A stretch of DNA of 64,000 bases from an uncultured Bacilli bacterium. Lineage in GTDB: Bacteria > Bacillota_I > Bacilli_A > RFN20 > CAG-826. The stretch spans positions 10,249 to 74,248 of the forward strand of contig CALVUG010000002.1 in NCBI GenBank assembly GCA_944363535.1, given 5' to 3'. The notes beneath the pieces are model-generated. The model had not been told where the DNA came from, did not search any database, and saw only the letters and a program-made list of their open reading frames with translations. The position numbers and the translations under genes are program-made. This document shows, piece after piece, positions 53,844-63,923 of the stretch; the first letter of the stretch is position 1; the number at the start of each line of letters is the position of its first letter.

Positions 53844-56198
53844 TTATTGAAATTGTTCGTCGTAAATGTAGACGTTACCAGTTTCAGCAATAGCTTGAGC
53901 TTTTAACGTTTCGAAATGTTGGACCATTTCTTGACGTTGTTCACCAGAAGGTGGATCTAATAAGACCCACATACCAATGAGTTTAGAAGTTGATAGACCA
54001 TAACCTGCTGAAGGTGATTCGTAACCGATAGCGTTAGAAATAGATGCTCTATAGCCTTGACCTTGGTTGTATAAAGGTAAGCAGATGTAAATTTCATTTA
54101 AGAGCATGTATTCAGCTTCAGCAAAGTAGGAGAATCTTGAAACGTAGTCTTGATATTCTTCGCGACCATCTCTCACGATTTGATCGTATTCAGCAAGAAT
54201 GTTTTCCATGTATTCAAGAGCCGTACCATCTGCGTTTAAGCGATAGCCATCGACAGCACTATCCGTACCAGTGGTGAAAGCCATATCACCGCCAGTGGTG
54301 TAGATGTTTAAGTAAGATAATGGATCACCGTAGTCAGCTTGCCAGCCCCAGACATTTAAATGACCATAAGCTGCGTTCGCTGCTTGCGTCCAGTTGTCTT
54401 GCGAAGTGAAGTTATCGTTATTGATGACGCGGAGTAAAGGATATTGGTTTCCTTCACAAAGTGGCATATCTGCACTTACTTCACCGCTACGCACAGTACA
54501 ACCATTCGCACGGTTGTTGAGCGAATTAGCCCAAGAAGTATCTTCTCTCATACTATCGTCGGAGAAGCCACCTAATGAAAGTTGTTCAACTTGGATTGGA
54601 AGGTGGATTGGATCTTGTGGATTTTGTTGATTGTAAAGTTCGATTGCCTTTTCCGCTTTTTCACGTAAGACCGCCACTTCTTCGAGCGTCAAATTGACAC
54701 CGTCGTATTGACCAGGTGCTAATTTTTCTCTTGCTTCTTCAGTCGTCATACCTTCTTGCGAAGCATAATAATCATAGTAGTAATCAGTGTAATCAGTATC
54801 AGTGTCATCAAAGACGAAGTTTTCTGGCACTAAGGTGTTGAGTTGCACTTGTTGTTGTTCTTCTAACATTTCACCATGACGTCTGTTATAGACCGAGAAG
54901 TCGAGTGATCTTAAGAGTAATTCACGCACTTCTTGAATCGATAGAGCAAGGTTCGTGTTATGAAGTTCAGCATCACTTAATTCAGAACTTTGTGCGTCCG
55001 CGCTCGTACCGCCATCCACTAAATTAGGACGATTGATATTTAAAGTCATCAACCAAGTGTAAGAAATATTATCGTAGAAACGAGAGTTGACGATTGGATC
55101 GTATGGATCTTGTAAAGTACCAGTACCATCTGGACCAGCGATATACTTATTCCAACCTTCGATATCTTTCGAATTGAGGGTAAAACCATCAATTTCGCCA
55201 TTTTCGAAAGCGACTCTTGCCGTATTTTCGTTCGTCGCTTGTTCAGTGCTGATGATGTGATAAGTCACAGTATCGACGTGAACCATATCGACGTTCCAAT
55301 AATTGGTATTCTTCTTATAGACAATTTGGCTATCGTCAGATTGTTGTAAGAGATATGGTCCGCAGTAGAGAATATCATCTGCACCATTACCGAAATCGTT
55401 GGCGTGCGCTGCTAAGAAATCAGCGTTCGTCGGTAAGAATGGAGAGTAAGTAAGCATCGTAGGGAAGAAGTTAGCTGGTTCACTTAAAGAATAGACTAAT
55501 TGGCCTTGTCCGTTGACACGAATACCCACTCTTTCAAAGTTACCGATGGGGGTGACATCATCCGCCGAGATGGTCACTTCTTCATTGAAGTTATCGCGGA
55601 TATAAGTTTGCATTCTGATGGCTTTTTGAGCATCAGTTCTTAATCTTTGTGCTTCGGTAGGATTCGTCGCAATTAAATATTGGACGTAAGTATAAGCTTG
55701 ATATTCTTTCGTTCCTTCGATGAACATCGTCACCATGAAGGAAGTATCGGACATCGTCGCATAGTCAAGAACACGTTTAGCAGTCGTAATCCAGTCTTCC
55801 GCTTTGACGAATTGTGGTTCACCCGCGCTATTTGTGTATTGTTGACCATCGTAAGTCATCCAAGGCACATTTTCACGGATGGTGAAAGTGAATTCAGTCC
55901 AGTCATCACTATGGGTAACATTGCTAGCGAGAGCTTTAACTAGACGACCATATTGATCGTTAGTGAGCAAACCATCGACGAAGTTAGCGATGTGGTTGGA
56001 GTTCGTCGCTTCTTGAGTTTTATGGTAGTCGAGAGTGTCGAATAACACTGTGTCAAACGCATCATATGTAAACTTCGCAGTCGCACCATTCATGTAATCG
56101 CCAGTGACGATTTGAGTTGGAACATCAGGTCCGCCACAAGCAGCGAGAGCCATGATAGTGACGCCTAGAACCGAGGCTTTTAAACCTAGTTTTTTCAT
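53844..56198 (-). CDS. oppA: oligopeptide-binding lipoprotein OppA (784 aa, family-5 SBP with large insertions)
   Basis: Lipoprotein signal MKKLGLKASVLGVTIMALAACGG. First gene of the opp operon. AAAGGAG RBS. Confidence 0.85.
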   Translation of the reverse strand: MKKLGLKASVLGVTIMALAACGGPDVPTQIVTGDYMNGATAKFTYDAFDTVLFDTLDYHKTQEATNSNHIANFVDGLLTNDQYGRLVKALASNVTHSDDWTEFTFTIRENVPWMTYDGQQYTNSAGEPQFVKAEDWITTAKRVLDYATMSDTSFMVTMFIEGTKEYQAYTYVQYLIATNPTEAQRLRTDAQKAIRMQTYIRDNFNEEVTISADDVTPIGNFERVGIRVNGQGQLVYSLSEPANFFPTMLTYSPFLPTNADFLAAHANDFGNGADDILYCGPYLLQQSDDSQIVYKKNTNYWNVDMVHVDTVTYHIISTEQATNENTARVAFENGEIDGFTLNSKDIEGWNKYIAGPDGTGTLQDPYDPIVNSRFYDNISYTWLMTLNINRPNLVDGGTSADAQSSELSDAELHNTNLALSIQEVRELLLRSLDFSVYNRRHGEMLEEQQQVQLNTLVPENFVFDDTDTDYTDYYYDYYASQEGMTTEEAREKLAPGQYDGVNLTLEEVAVLREKAEKAIELYNQQNPQDPIHLPIQVEQLSLGGFSDDSMREDTSWANSLNNRANGCTVRSGEVSADMPLCEGNQYPLLRVINNDNFTSQDNWTQAANAAYGHLNVWGWQADYGDPLSYLNIYTTGGDMAFTTGTDSAVDGYRLNADGTALEYMENILAEYDQIVRDGREEYQDYVSRFSYFAEAEYMLLNEIYICLPLYNQGQGYRASISNAIGYESPSAGYGLSTSKLIGMWVLLDPPSGEQRQEMVQHFETLKAQAIAETGNVYIYDEQFQ

Positions 56199-56328
56199 GT
56201 TTGTTTCTCCTTTCGTAAACTAATCTTTTAAAGATTATGCGTAATGATATCACTTTACGTATGCATGACGCAACAAAAAATATTAAAAAATAATAAATAA
56301 TGCGTTAAATAGCGTTAATTAACTATAG

Positions 56329-56700
56329 TTAAAATGGCAGATTTCCACCATTATTTGCGGTTATAATTTCTAAAACTAAGGCCAAAATTAAAGTCACTAA
56401 GGCCGCTAAAAATAAAGGCATGCGGAACTTCCAAGCTTGATCTTTTTTATCTTGTGGTAGCTTCTCATTCCACTGTTTTGTCTTATGGCGATACTTACCG
56501 ATGATAATCTCTCCACCGATGAAACCGATGAGGATAAAAATGAAGCCGAAAGCACATAACATGAAGACGTAATTCCAAGGATTAACGCTCGGAAAATTAT
56601 AGATGATAATAAAGTGCTGAATAAATGATACACCAGCAGCTACTAAGATTAAGATGCTAGCGACGAGGTAAGTTTTCCAATTTTTTAAAGATGTTTTCAT
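56329..56700 (-). CDS. hypothetical small membrane protein (4 TM, 123 aa)
   Basis: Hydrophobic ORF upstream of the opp promoter region on the same strand. Confidence 0.5.
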   Translation of the reverse strand: MKTSLKNWKTYLVASILILVAAGVSFIQHFIIIYNFPSVNPWNYVFMLCAFGFIFILIGFIGGEIIIGKYRHKTKQWNEKLPQDKKDQAWKFRMPLFLAALVTLILALVLEIITANNGGNLPF

Positions 56701-56739
56701 ATCGTTTATTTTTACCGCATTAAATAATATACTAAACGT

Positions 56740-57654
56740 ATGGCAAATCCAAACCTTAAAGAAAATAAAATCAAAAGAGCGTTCGCTTTACCCTTACGTG
56801 GAATAGTGAGAAAATTATCCCCTATTACTTACGTAAAGTTACAATATCGCTACATCACGCATCATAAACTCGATTTAAAAAATCCGGTGCGTTACACAGA
56901 AAAACTTCAATATCTTCGCTTGTTCGTCTATCCTTACGATCAAAAATATTCTGACCTAGCGGGACGCGTCTTAGTTAGAGAACACGTTAAAAACTTAGGT
57001 TATGAAAACTTACTTATTCCAATTTATGGTGTCTACGATAGATTTGATGACATCGATTTTGATAAATTACCGAAACAGTTCGTGATGAAATGTTCGCACG
57101 CTTCAGGTTTTAACGAAATCGTCTTAGATAAAGATAAAATTGATAAGAAAGCCTTAAAGAAGAAATTTGATAAATATCTTCGCACCGATAAGGGAAAGAT
57201 TTGGGTCGAAAGACATTATTCACATATCAAACCACAAATTATCATCGAAAAATATTTAGAAGAAGAAGGTAGACTTCCTATCGAATATAAGCTTCATGTT
57301 TTCAATGGTAAAGCTAAATATCTTTACGTCGTTAGAGACCGCGGTATCGACATCCGTTACGATAATCTTTACATCAACTGGACTCGCTTCGATGGCGCGC
57401 AGTTCAATGGTTGGAAAAGTGGCGATACACCCCCAGAAAAACCGCAAAACTTTGACGAATTAGTGAAAATTGCTGAAAATTTAGCAAAAGATGTCGTCTT
57501 CTGTCGCGTCGACTTATTCGATGTGAATGGAAAAATTTATTTTAACGAGATGACTTTTACCCCCGCGAAAGGAACGCTCATATTCGATGATGATAAAGCA
57601 GACTTCGAAATCGGAAAATGGCTCGACATTAGCGAATTCTTAAAGAAGAAATGA
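56740..57654 (+). CDS. TupA-like ATP-grasp fold protein (ATPgrasp_TupA family, glycan-modifying amidoligase-like)
   Basis: …KNPVRYTEKLQYLRLF…, …FVMKCSHASGFNEIV…, …IIEKYLEE…IEYKLHVFNGKAKY…, …YFNEMTFTPAKG… match the conserved blocks of the TupA-like family. Confidence 0.65.
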   Translation: MANPNLKENKIKRAFALPLRGIVRKLSPITYVKLQYRYITHHKLDLKNPVRYTEKLQYLRLFVYPYDQKYSDLAGRVLVREHVKNLGYENLLIPIYGVYDRFDDIDFDKLPKQFVMKCSHASGFNEIVLDKDKIDKKALKKKFDKYLRTDKGKIWVERHYSHIKPQIIIEKYLEEEGRLPIEYKLHVFNGKAKYLYVVRDRGIDIRYDNLYINWTRFDGAQFNGWKSGDTPPEKPQNFDELVKIAENLAKDVVFCRVDLFDVNGKIYFNEMTFTPAKGTLIFDDDKADFEIGKWLDISEFLKKK

Positions 57655-57676
57655 GCCACTTGAGGACTCATTTTTT
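57652..57676. terminator. rho-independent terminator (TGAGCCACTTGAGGACTCA + TTTTTT) overlapping the TupA-like stop codon; bidirectional
   Basis: Imperfect 8-bp stem then T6. The minus-strand side also has an A/T-rich tail after the convergent lipoprotein gene. Confidence 0.65.
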
Positions 57677-57697
57677 AATAGTTTTTTAAATTAAAAT

Positions 57698-58639
57698 TTA
57701 ATACCAATTTGCGAATGGGAAATTAACTTCGTAGGCTAGGATGTTAAATGTATCTAAAGTAACTCCTTCAGCGCTAGGAATATTTACGAGGTCATAACGT
57801 AAACCAAAGCCGACGATACGACTGGAAATTTGCGATAATGCGACATCCGCGTAAAATCCTGCAAAGCAATAATCGCGATGGACGTCACCCATGTCAGCTT
57901 TAATTTCAAGATTACTAAGTTTGAAAGCATGACGGATGTAAGTTTTTGATGAACTTACATTCGCTCTAACGTACAAATCGAAATATAAATCGATGACGAA
58001 TGGGCTATCCCAACCGACCGTACTATTGGATGTATTAGTCGCTCCTCTTAAATTGACAGCGAAGAAGTTATTGAGTGACTTGCTATCAGAAATGCTAGGA
58101 TAAGAAGCAGATAAGCTTAATTCCTTAGGAAATTTCATGTTGAAGCCACCTTCTAAATTTTCATCTTCGATCATGTCGTTAGAGGCTTCATCATAAACGT
58201 AGCCATTTTCGGCAAATTGGATACGTCTAAAAACCCCTTCACCATCGCAGAAGATATAGCCATCAAATAATCGAGATAAGATGCCAGTCGAAGCAAAGGA
58301 AGGCTGGGCCCTCGTAATTTTCATCGTCGCACCATATTCTTTTCCGTAGTAGGAAGGATTATTATAATAATCATCTTCGTAACTTAAATCTTCATATTTA
58401 TTAAATTCGTAGAAGTTAGGATCATTTACGCCTTTAAAGTAAGTGCCTTCTTCTAAAGTATGGTCGATCGTATCGTAAGTATCGCTAGTGAAATCTTTTT
58501 CTTGAAAGATGTTAAGTTTAAATTCTTCGACAGAAGTATGATTGTAATCCGTATTGCTATAAGTCTTAACGCATGAGGTTAAAGATAATAACAAAGAGAA
58601 AGTTGAAATTAGAAAGATAACTCTTTTATTTTTCATCAT
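57698..58639 (-). CDS. hypothetical lipoprotein (aromatic/Asn-rich, possibly β-rich)
   Basis: MMKNKRVIFLISTFSLLLSLTSC lipobox. ATG 58639 has a GAGGAGG RBS that lies inside the 3' end of the upstream Wzy-like gene. Confidence 0.65.
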   Translation of the reverse strand: MMKNKRVIFLISTFSLLLSLTSCVKTYSNTDYNHTSVEEFKLNIFQEKDFTSDTYDTIDHTLEEGTYFKGVNDPNFYEFNKYEDLSYEDDYYNNPSYYGKEYGATMKITRAQPSFASTGILSRLFDGYIFCDGEGVFRRIQFAENGYVYDEASNDMIEDENLEGGFNMKFPKELSLSASYPSISDSKSLNNFFAVNLRGATNTSNSTVGWDSPFVIDLYFDLYVRANVSSSKTYIRHAFKLSNLEIKADMGDVHRDYCFAGFYADVALSQISSRIVGFGLRYDLVNIPSAEGVTLDTFNILAYEVNFPFANWY

Positions 58640-60104
58640 GTTTTTCCTCCTCAATTTCATCGAAGATAGATGTATCTAAAGAAGATTCAATTTCGGCACT
58701 TTTTTCTTCCGCTGGAACATCATCGACCTTTTCTTCACTTAAGGGCGTAGCTTCTTTTAACTCTAAGTCTTTGGCCTTTCTTGCATAAGTAAAACTATAA
58801 CCGATGAAGAAGAAGGCGACGAGAGTAAGTGGGAAAGTAGAATAAGACATGTAACGACCTTCGACAGTGTAAGGAATGCTTTGATAGAAGAATAAAGTGT
58901 AGACGAAATAACTTGCCACGAATAAGACGATCATCATCTTGACGTGCATCGGACCTTTTCCAAATCTTAGATAACGTTGTAAGGAGATGAAAGCGAAGAC
59001 GATGAAAGTAATCAAAGAGATGAAAGCGAAGAAACCAGCTTCGTTAATGACGTCGAATATAAATGAACCAGTCCCATGACCATAAGTTCTCGTCGAGCCA
59101 AATAAGAAGCCTATCACTCCACCATTGTTGAAATTGGAGATGTTATTAGAGAAATCTAACACTAGTTTGATGTTTTGAGCGTAACGATTTTCGTTGAACA
59201 AATAATTTAATAAACCATTACTGGAAATGAACGATTTTAAAGATTCAAATGAATTCCCCGACTGGGCGTTCATAATTAAGATGGCGAAGACGATGAGGAA
59301 TAACGCTAAGGCTAGGATAGCAAGAACATTGATGATCCAACGTCCAATATTATTTTTCTTCACGAAACGGACGTAGAGAGCAAAAAGCAAGCCTACGAAT
59401 AAGACGATTAACGGTTTAAAAGATGGAGTAAAAATAAGTGTAAGAAGACCTAAACCACCAAAGATAGCAAATAAAACAAATCTTTTTAAATTCTTCCTTG
59501 GGGAAATAAATAATAAGGCAGGAAGACAAGACGCTAAGACGAGAGCGTACACATTGACGAAATCGATGCTCATCATCTGAGCGTTCGTAATTTGAGAAAT
59601 CCATAAGCCAATGTCAGAAAGAAGTAACATCTCACCATCGTAATAGATGTAACGGCCCGCATATATTTGAGCGTAGAACGGTCCATAGTTCGCTAAGGTG
59701 ACGATTAAAGAGATGGAAGTGATGAACGCTAAAGCGCCAAACAAGACGAGCAACGCCGTTTCCATCTTAAAATCTTTATCTTGTTTTAACGAGATACCAG
59801 CAAAGATGAAAGATAATGGTCCGACGAAAGACACTAAGATTGATAAAATATTTGAATTAGTGATGAAAAAACGAGAGAAAGCTGTAAAAGCAATGTAGAG
59901 GATGAAAGGAATCGTAAATAGCAATAACGCTAATTTATCTTTCTTTTCAAAAAGAATGACGTAAGGAATTAAAAATAAAGCACCAAGGAAACCCATGATG
60001 ATCCAAATTTCAGAAAAATCGCCTAAGTTAATTGCCACTAAGGCTAAGATTTCCATGAAGAGGAAGCCGATGAATGAGCCATTTCGTTTGATAAAATTAA
60101 GCAT
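58626..60104 (-). CDS. Wzy-type polysaccharide polymerase / O-antigen-ligase-like membrane protein with acidic C-terminal tail
   Basis: ~12 TM. …TYGHGTGSFIFDVINEAGFFAFISL… resembles the Wzy_C G-x-G-x-G-S-F…E-x-G motif region. C-terminal 50 aa are Glu/Asp-rich. Confidence 0.5.
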   Translation of the reverse strand: MLNFIKRNGSFIGFLFMEILALVAINLGDFSEIWIIMGFLGALFLIPYVILFEKKDKLALLLFTIPFILYIAFTAFSRFFITNSNILSILVSFVGPLSFIFAGISLKQDKDFKMETALLVLFGALAFITSISLIVTLANYGPFYAQIYAGRYIYYDGEMLLLSDIGLWISQITNAQMMSIDFVNVYALVLASCLPALLFISPRKNLKRFVLFAIFGGLGLLTLIFTPSFKPLIVLFVGLLFALYVRFVKKNNIGRWIINVLAILALALFLIVFAILIMNAQSGNSFESLKSFISSNGLLNYLFNENRYAQNIKLVLDFSNNISNFNNGGVIGFLFGSTRTYGHGTGSFIFDVINEAGFFAFISLITFIVFAFISLQRYLRFGKGPMHVKMMIVLFVASYFVYTLFFYQSIPYTVEGRYMSYSTFPLTLVAFFFIGYSFTYARKAKDLELKEATPLSEEKVDDVPAEEKSAEIESSLDTSIFDEIEEEKHDEK

Positions 60105-60166
60105 ATGAAGTCCTCATCTTTTATTCTACTTTTTTTATCATAACACAAATGAGCTGTAAACTTTAA

Positions 60167-60367
60167 TTAAAAGAAACGACGATCAGATTTATGTCTAAAA
60201 TAGATTTCTTGCATCCTTTTTAAAGAAACTTTATTCTTACCTTTTTCTAAAGTCGGATCAGCTTCTTGTTTTATATCTACTTGCCAACCACAAACCGGGC
60301 AAAACCCCGTTAAAGCCCCTTCGATACGTGTAAATTCGCCGCAGCATGGACAAGGTTTTAAAGCCAT
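60167..60367 (-). CDS. CPCC-family cysteine-rich zinc-ribbon micro-protein (66 aa)
   Basis: MALKPCPCCGEFTRIEGALTGFCPVCGWQVD… CPCCG…CPVCGW is the defining CPCC motif. Confidence 0.7.
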   Translation of the reverse strand: MALKPCPCCGEFTRIEGALTGFCPVCGWQVDIKQEADPTLEKGKNKVSLKRMQEIYFRHKSDRRFF

Positions 60368-60371
60368 AAAT

Positions 60372-61256
60372 TTAAATTTCTTCCCTGAGATATTTTTTTA
60401 TTTCTTCTAGTTTATTTTTTGCATCTTTTTTACCCATCTCATAAGTGAAATCTAAATTCATCACATCTTTATCGCTCGCTAAGACGTTATTGATAGATGG
60501 AATTGGATTAGAAGGAGCGATGAGTAGTAATTTAGCTTCATTTTCATATTCGTAAAGTTCATCTAAATTCTTATTATATTGCACCGGATAATCATAAATC
60601 CTTCGAGCAAAGTTAGGATATTTAGCGAAATGTAAACAAGTAAACTTAGTCATCTTAGAATTTTGTTTTTTATTAACATCTGCGCGATAATTTCGATCGC
60701 GAGTCGAGATGACGATGACTTTACTGGCCCCGTCTTCGATCGCCTTTTTAAACGGGATACCATCTGCATAACCACCATCAAGATAATAATCATCGTCAAT
60801 CTTTACTTTTTGTGACACAATAGCGATGCTACTAGAGGCTTTAGAAGCAAGAAACATATCATCATTTTTATAATTATAAAAGTAATGCGCATTTCCTGTT
60901 CTTAAGTTCGTCGCTACGAAACAAATTTCAATATTTGTATTATTAAAAGCATTAAAATCGAAAGGCCATTCATCTTTTAAATATTCATAAAACATATATT
61001 GAAAATTAAAAAAACTACGATACTTCACTAAGTTAAAGATGGAAGCAAGTTTATGATTAGATAGCGAATCTTTTAACAAACGATAGGAACGCCCTTTTTG
61101 TTTCGCAACGTAAGCAAAGGTGCATAATGAACCCGCGCTGACGCCGATGACGTAATCAAATTCGATGCCTTCTTCTAAAAAGACATCTAAGACCCCTGCC
61201 GTATAAGCACAACGAAGCGCTCCACCTTGTAACACTAATGCACGCTTTTCTTTCAT
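60372..61256 (-). CDS. patatin-like phospholipase
   Basis: …LVLQGGALRCAYTAG… oxyanion-hole Gly-rich motif, …GVSAGSL… GxSxG serine, …LDGGY… catalytic Asp (DGG). Confidence 0.85.
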   Translation of the reverse strand: MKEKRALVLQGGALRCAYTAGVLDVFLEEGIEFDYVIGVSAGSLCTFAYVAKQKGRSYRLLKDSLSNHKLASIFNLVKYRSFFNFQYMFYEYLKDEWPFDFNAFNNTNIEICFVATNLRTGNAHYFYNYKNDDMFLASKASSSIAIVSQKVKIDDDYYLDGGYADGIPFKKAIEDGASKVIVISTRDRNYRADVNKKQNSKMTKFTCLHFAKYPNFARRIYDYPVQYNKNLDELYEYENEAKLLLIAPSNPIPSINNVLASDKDVMNLDFTYEMGKKDAKNKLEEIKKYLREEI

Positions 61257-62536
61257 AAATCAACTTGCTTCAAAATCATTGGTCCTAAAACATCGATTTC
61301 ATCATTGTTGCCGACGTTAATAATATTGTTCGATTGGTTCAATAAATCGATATATTTGCCGCGTGGAATTTTAACCTTTTGCATTTCATTAGAAAAATTA
61401 AATAAACCATAAAATCTCGTTTTAGGAGCAAAACCAGTTGCTAAAACGAAATCTTTTAATGGAGTTTTAATGAAACAGAACTCATCTAATTTACGATAAT
61501 CTTTGCTCTTTTTAATGCGAATTAATTTCTTAATGAAATTATAGAAGTTTTTATCTCCACTTCTTTTAATCGTTCTTTTCTCGAATAAAGGAGGTCTAAC
61601 ATCATCTTCATATTCTTCACCCGCGTATAGGAAGGTCGCCCCTTTAATAAAGAAGTTATAAGCAGTTAAACTTTTCAAAGCGTTTCCGCTAAAATATTTT
61701 GCAATCCTTTCGGTGTCATGATTTTCTAAACAATTTAATTTTAAGAAGTACTTTGGATAAATCTTTTCTTGATCATCGATCGTCTTAAGCACTCTATCTA
61801 AAGCTTCTTGATCTTTATCTTCGAAATAATGCATGAAGTCAAATAAATAATTGTAGTTATAAGTTGCGTCAAATGTTGGGAATAAATTAACATCTTCTTC
61901 GCAATAATAACCTTGCGAATGAAGATATTCGATGAAGCTTGGTTCGACACATTCGCCGATGAAAATTACTTTCTTGCCTAATTCTTTTCTAGCTTTCTTA
62001 AAAAATTTTAAAGGAATTAAAGAACAAACATCGAATCTAAATCCATCAACTTTTAGCTTACGATAAAATTTTAATACCCCTAATAAGTAAGTTAAAACTT
62101 CTTCATTTTCTAAATCTAAATCCATGACGTCAGACCAATCACCAACACGATTAGCCTTTCCACCTTTAGAAATTAAATAATACTCAGGGTGTTCTTTATA
62201 TAATTTCGCATCTCTAGATGTATGGTTAAAAACCATATCCATAATTACTTTCATTTTTAAAGAATGAGCCTTCTCTACAAGCGAAGCTAAATCTTCTAAC
62301 GTTCCTAAATCAGGAGAAACTTCTAAATAATTTTCAATAGAATAAGGGCTACCATAACTTCCCTTACGATTAAGCTTTCCAATGGGGTGAATAGGTAATA
62401 AATAAATAATGTCTATGCCTAAAGCTTTAATTCTTTCTAGATCATCTTCCACCGCTTTAAGTGTGCCTTCATCTGAATAATTTCTTGGAAATATTTGATA
62501 GACTATTCGTGATTTTAAATAATTGTAATTACGCAT
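61253..62536 (-). CDS. cytoplasmic glycoside hydrolase family 13 (alpha-amylase-type catalytic domain only)
   Basis: GH13 regions I–IV: …DMVFNHTS…, …GFRFDVCSLIP…, …IGECVEP…, …LENHDTERI…. No signal peptide. Confidence 0.8.
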   Translation of the reverse strand: MRNYNYLKSRIVYQIFPRNYSDEGTLKAVEDDLERIKALGIDIIYLLPIHPIGKLNRKGSYGSPYSIENYLEVSPDLGTLEDLASLVEKAHSLKMKVIMDMVFNHTSRDAKLYKEHPEYYLISKGGKANRVGDWSDVMDLDLENEEVLTYLLGVLKFYRKLKVDGFRFDVCSLIPLKFFKKARKELGKKVIFIGECVEPSFIEYLHSQGYYCEEDVNLFPTFDATYNYNYLFDFMHYFEDKDQEALDRVLKTIDDQEKIYPKYFLKLNCLENHDTERIAKYFSGNALKSLTAYNFFIKGATFLYAGEEYEDDVRPPLFEKRTIKRSGDKNFYNFIKKLIRIKKSKDYRKLDEFCFIKTPLKDFVLATGFAPKTRFYGLFNFSNEMQKVKIPRGKYIDLLNQSNNIINVGNNDEIDVLGPMILKQVDL

Positions 62537-62678
62537 AATGTTTTAACCTTTCATTAAATTGTCATAATTATTGTTTCTTGTTAATAATTTACACCATATT
62601 TAATTTATAAAAAAGTGTAAACTTTTTCTTACAATGCAGTTATAATTTAAAAGTATTTTTTAATTTAGGGAGCAATAC

Positions 62679-63194
62679 ATGAAAACACTCATCGTCTTAA
62701 GCGCCTTGCCTGGAGCAGGAAAATCCACTTATTCAGAACAATTTAGAAGAACACACAAGAATGTTTTTGTAGTTTCAAGTGATGAAATACGTAAAGAACT
62801 CACCGGTGAATATCAAAACTTCACGAAGGAAAAAGAAGTATGGGACACATATTTAAAAAGATTAAATGAATATGCTTTGAAAGATTTAGATGATTTAACC
62901 GTCATCGCAGATGCGACTAATCCTACGAATTATTTTAGAAAATATTATTACGAAAATACATTTAATTACGATGAAAAAATTCTCGTTTGTATTTTCAAAC
63001 CTTGGGAACTTCTTCTCAAACAAAATATGATGAGAAATGAAAAGAAAATCGTCCCAATGTATGCGATGGAAAAGTTAAGAAATGAGTGGGAAGATCCAAA
63101 CGAAGAAATTATTGGTTTATTTGACCAATACTTAAGAATTAATCGTTGGTTCTCTTCTGATAAAGTGCCACAAAAATTTTATTATAAGGAATAA
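62679..63194 (+). CDS. P-loop NTPase / AAA_33-type small kinase (polynucleotide-kinase-like)
   Basis: …LSALPGAGKSTYSEQF… Walker A, …VIADATN… Walker B-like. AGGGAG RBS. TATAAT box at 62641-62646. Confidence 0.6.
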   Translation: MKTLIVLSALPGAGKSTYSEQFRRTHKNVFVVSSDEIRKELTGEYQNFTKEKEVWDTYLKRLNEYALKDLDDLTVIADATNPTNYFRKYYYENTFNYDEKILVCIFKPWELLLKQNMMRNEKKIVPMYAMEKLRNEWEDPNEEIIGLFDQYLRINRWFSSDKVPQKFYYKE

Positions 63195-63200
63195 TTTAAT

Positions 63201-63923
63201 ATGGATTATCGTGCGTTCGAAAAAAAATATGTTCCAATTCAAAACGTTTTAGATTGTTACGACCATCTTTCCCCCTGTGGCATTTTAGATATCGTGCAAG
63301 ATATCGCTGGACGTCACGCGAATGCTTTGAATATCGGCTTTTATGATCTCATCAAAAAAGATATTACTTGGGTCATCGCAAGAACCAAAATTGAAGTATT
63401 AGATTTTCCTAAATACGCAACCGACATCTTAGTGAAAACTTGGCCCCACCGCCCAGGGCGATTCGATTGCGACCGCGATTATCAAATTATCGATGAAGAT
63501 GGAAAAGTATGCGTTAAAGTAACTTCAAAATGGGTCGTCATCAACGTTAAGACGCGAAGAATGGTTTCTCCTAACGACGTCTTTGACCGCGATGGAATAT
63601 ATGAAGAAGAAGTTAATTTTCCGAGTGTAGATGGTTTACGTTTCACGCTTGATAGAATAGACGTTCATCACCGAGCAAAAGTAACCATGACGATGCTAGA
63701 TCATAACATGCATATGAATAATTCTCGTTACGGTGAAATAATTTATGATGCTTTGAAACTTAAAAAAGAAGAAGTCATTAAAACATTTGAAATAAATTAT
63801 CACAAAGAATGTCATCTCGATGATGAATTAGATGTTTTAATTAAAAAAGAAAATAAAGAAATTTTTATCGACATTAAAAAAGAAGATGAAATGAAGGCTA
63901 AGGCTTACATCACCTTACTTTAA
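63201..63923 (+). CDS. acyl-ACP thioesterase (FatA/B-like hotdog)
   Basis: …HLSPCGILDIVQDIAGRHANALNIG…ITWVIARTKIEVL… N-terminal hotdog. …NNSRYGEII… second hotdog with catalytic residues. Confidence 0.75.
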   Translation: MDYRAFEKKYVPIQNVLDCYDHLSPCGILDIVQDIAGRHANALNIGFYDLIKKDITWVIARTKIEVLDFPKYATDILVKTWPHRPGRFDCDRDYQIIDEDGKVCVKVTSKWVVINVKTRRMVSPNDVFDRDGIYEEEVNFPSVDGLRFTLDRIDVHHRAKVTMTMLDHNMHMNNSRYGEIIYDALKLKKEEVIKTFEINYHKECHLDDELDVLIKKENKEIFIDIKKEDEMKAKAYITLL

